DNA of 63,860 nt, counting the filler, from Octopus bimaculoides (lineage: Eukaryota): NCBI RefSeq assembly GCF_001194135.2. It is 7 parts of 6 records of this genome, joined end to end, with 100 filler letters (N's around TTAATTAATTAA, not from the genome) between each part and the next. Parts side by side here need not be neighbours in the genome. Positions count along the whole stretch, not along the records: positions 62,783 to 63,860 come from NW_026300230.1; 6 more parts are not named here. One strand, written 5' to 3'. Every line of letters starts with the position of its first letter. Positions within the stretch are counted from its first letter, which is position 1. Below the pieces are notes generated by a model, which was given only the letters and a program-made list of their open reading frames with translations, had not been told where the DNA came from and searched no databases. The translations under genes and the position numbers were made by a program. This document shows positions 62,783-63,860 of this stretch, one piece after another.

Positions 62783-63860
62783 ACACGCGTGTAGACAAGC
62801 AGACATACGCATTTGTAAATATACGTACATTAAAACATACACATCTACAACGGCATTGGGGCTTGATAATATTCTAACTAGTGCACATATATACATGAAT
62901 ACCTGCATGTATATAAACATATGTACGTACATACATACTGATATACTTGCATACATAATCATTAGTTTAGTATAGTTTGGCCGTTATTCCAGACGCTTCG
63001 ATGATTTCACGCGAACATGCCAGCCTTCATACATACATACATACATACATACATACATACATACANNNNNNNNNNNNNNNNNNNNNNNNNNNNNNNNNNN
63101 NTACATACGTACATACATACATATTACAAGACTACCCTGTTGTGTTTTAAATTCCAATAAGAGCTACGCTTCTTGAGTAGAAACCGAGTCTTCTTTCGTT
63201 GGGAAATTGGAAAAAATGACATCACTACATACATACATACATACATGCAAGCAAGCATACATAGTACGTACATACATACATACATACAAACAAACATACA
63301 TAATGCATACATACAAAGTACAAAATAAACATATATACATATACATATATATCACATACACATATATACACATATACTACAAGACTCCCCTGGAGTAGAT
63401 ACATAATACATACATGCATACATACATACATATATATACATACGCACACCCACACACAGTAACACGCACAAACACTCAAACGCACATACACACAACTGGT
63501 ATATGGAATGTATTACCAAGAAAGTAATGTATTAACAGGAAATCGAAGAAGAAAAAAATGTTTTACACATCATATTAGAACGGGACTTATATTTAATAAC
63601 GTTATCAAATGCATGACATTAAATCACCAAATGTTGACCTGTTCACACATCATTATATCACTGATATCGGTTGATATCGGATATACCTCCGTTCAGATAT
63701 ATTCTCATCAGGAGATTTGTACAGCGGCTAAATTTCTTATAATCATACTCTAACCCTTAACACCTATTCTCTCTCCAGATTTCAATCACGAAACAGTACA
63801 CCACTTACGATCGCACTCACACACGCACATGCGGACACATGCACACGCACATATACGTAT

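Noticed and set aside
63675-63720. CTGATGA...GAAC...GTA on the minus strand
   Set aside because: Stem I does not pair and stem II is weak, so it is too degenerate to call a hammerhead.

Overview
AT-rich, microsatellite- and SINE-dense eukaryotic DNA, most likely from a coleoid cephalopod (Octopus-like). That assignment is inferred from the single-exon C2H2 zinc-finger arrays and the SINE/microsatellite landscape. The window is not contiguous: six 100-bp artificial spacers (N44-TTAATTAATTAA-N44) split it into seven pieces (1-9410, 9511-32272, 32373-41450, 41551-44410, 44511-49365, 49466-62682, 62783-63860), so adjacency across spacers means nothing. Genes: two paralogous tandem C2H2-ZNF arrays (3-959 and 8248-9312, both with lesions) and four phase-compatible exons of a divergent Dscam-like gene encoding Ig2-Ig4 (22691-30821). 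Mobile elements: several tRNA-derived SINE families (some with clear TSDs), two Tc1/mariner relics, Penelope GIY-YIG and CRE-like retrotransposon fragments, MITE/foldback elements and a Helentron-associated-like element. The best lead is a ~400-bp ORF-less foldback element (19457-19859) with an intact minimal type I hammerhead ribozyme at its symmetry axis on the minus strand. Three more degenerate hammerhead relics lie elsewhere. Most entries in the ORF track are microsatellite or N-gap artefacts.
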